This document shows, one piece after another, positions 63,620 through 64,000 of a DNA stretch of 64,000 bases. The number at the start of each line of letters is the position of its first letter. Positions within the stretch are counted from its first letter, which is position 1. The stretch spans positions 476,989-540,988 of the forward strand of contig CAWIAH010000011.1 in assembly GCA_963834075.1 (NCBI GenBank), read 5' to 3'. The notes under the pieces were generated by a model. It had not been told where the DNA came from and ran no database searches. It saw nothing but the letters and a program-made list of their open reading frames with translations. This DNA comes from an uncultured Acidobacteriaceae bacterium. Its GTDB lineage: Bacteria > Acidobacteriota > Terriglobia > Terriglobales > Acidobacteriaceae. A program made the translations under genes and the position numbers.

Positions 63620-64000
63620 TTATCCTTCGCTGCCATTTCCTTTGACTCCTTGTCCCATCGCCGCCTGCGGCAGATAGGCCGCCGGCGGACTCATTTGATA
63701 CTGCTGAATTTTGTATAACAAGGTCCGGTAGCTCACCTTGAGCAGGCGCGCCGCGGCCTTGCGGTTCCAATGAGTTTGCTCGAGCGCGGCGGCGATCGCT
63801 CCGCGCTCGGTTTCGCCCTTGACGCTCTGCACCAGCGAGCGCAAACCGGAGGAGCGGTCTTCGGACTCGGCCAGCTCCGCGCCGCGAGGCGGCGCGGAAA
63901 CCATGGCATGCGGGTTCCAGCTTTGCCCCAGCTCGCTCAACGCCAGTTCGTCGTCCCCGCCCCTGACCAGGTAGCTCTTTACGAAAGTTTCCAATTGCCC
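63620..64000 (-). CDS. C-terminal part of a sigma-54-dependent (Fis-type HTH_8) transcriptional activator, PrsR-like; 5' end outside the window
   Basis: The C-terminal HTH reads ERGAIAAALEQTHWNRKAAARLLKVSYRTLLYKIQQYQM. The frame is open to the window edge. The position next to the wza/wzz/ATPase/kinase module matches the PEP-CTERM-box response regulator arrangement. Confidence 0.65.
   Translation of the reverse strand, partial: GQLETFVKSYLVRGGDDELALSELGQSWNPHAMVSAPPRGAELAESEDRSSGLRSLVQSVKGETERGAIAAALEQTHWNRKAAARLLKVSYRTLLYKIQQYQMSPPAAYLPQAAMGQGVKGNGSEG

Noticed and set aside
1-64000. CRISPR arrays, tRNA/rRNA genes, prophage or defence-system gene sets
   Set aside because: A by-eye scan of the intergenic regions showed no regularly spaced repeats. 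The only tandem repeat is the two-copy 38-mer at 28.6 kb. No tRNA-like cloverleaf candidates and no nuclease/helicase/RT/methylase ORFs were seen. Absence is not proven without Infernal/tRNAscan/defence-HMM scans.

Overview
GC-rich bacterial chromosomal segment. It most resembles an Acidobacteriota (Terriglobia-like) genome. That placement is an inference from gene content: a CarboxypepD_reg-type TonB-dependent receptor, GAF-TonB fusions, an exosortase-type EPS locus and frequent GTG/TTG starts. No rRNA, tRNA or CRISPR array was recognised.

Layout:
(i) 1-7.4 kb: an IS5-family IS cut by the window edge, a TonB-dependent receptor, an AhpD-like protein, an MFS transporter, and a scar region with a second transposase remnant.
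(ii) 7.4-22.4 kb: a GAF-TonB_C protein, an MFS transporter, ugd-uxs (UDP-xylose supply), a REC-PilZ-PilZ c-di-GMP receptor, a four-gene type IV minor-pilin operon ending in a 918-aa PilX_N protein with EF-hand-like loops, a HAD hydrolase, a Zn-ribbon/His-rich/DUF4440 protein and a small TonB_C protein.
(iii) 22.9-28.6 kb: three tandem paralogous surface proteins built from 7, 3 and 2 choice-of-anchor-D/ASH-like Ig repeats plus one C-terminal FN3 domain.
(iv) 28.7-64 kb: about 35 kb of genes all on the minus strand, forming a Wzx/Wzy-type exopolysaccharide locus of the exosortase/PEP-CTERM-associated kind. It contains rmlCAB, an exosortase, a PPTase, a truncated adenylation remnant, GT4/GT2 glycosyltransferases, deacetylase-like, FemAB-like and YdjC-like proteins, a secreted beta-helix protein, Wzx, Wzy, an AsnB-like protein, WecB, a diacetamido-sugar cassette, the priming sugar transferase, tyrosine-kinase-like, AAA ATPase, Wzz, OM barrel and Wza proteins, and the 3' end of a sigma-54/Fis-type regulator.

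Most interesting observations:
- The priming phosphoglycosyl transferase carries an N-terminal degenerate GGDEF-like domain. The RxxD I-site register is kept and the GGDEF active site is lost, so it is a candidate c-di-GMP-gated initiation step.
- About 14 single-base frame breaks are packed into only the three diacetamido-sugar genes.
- The 7/3/2-repeat surface-protein array sits beside an exosortase that has no PEP-CTERM substrate anywhere in the window.
- A PPTase lies next to a decayed adenylation-domain fragment.

All functional calls rest on by-eye motif and family recognition. No database search was run.
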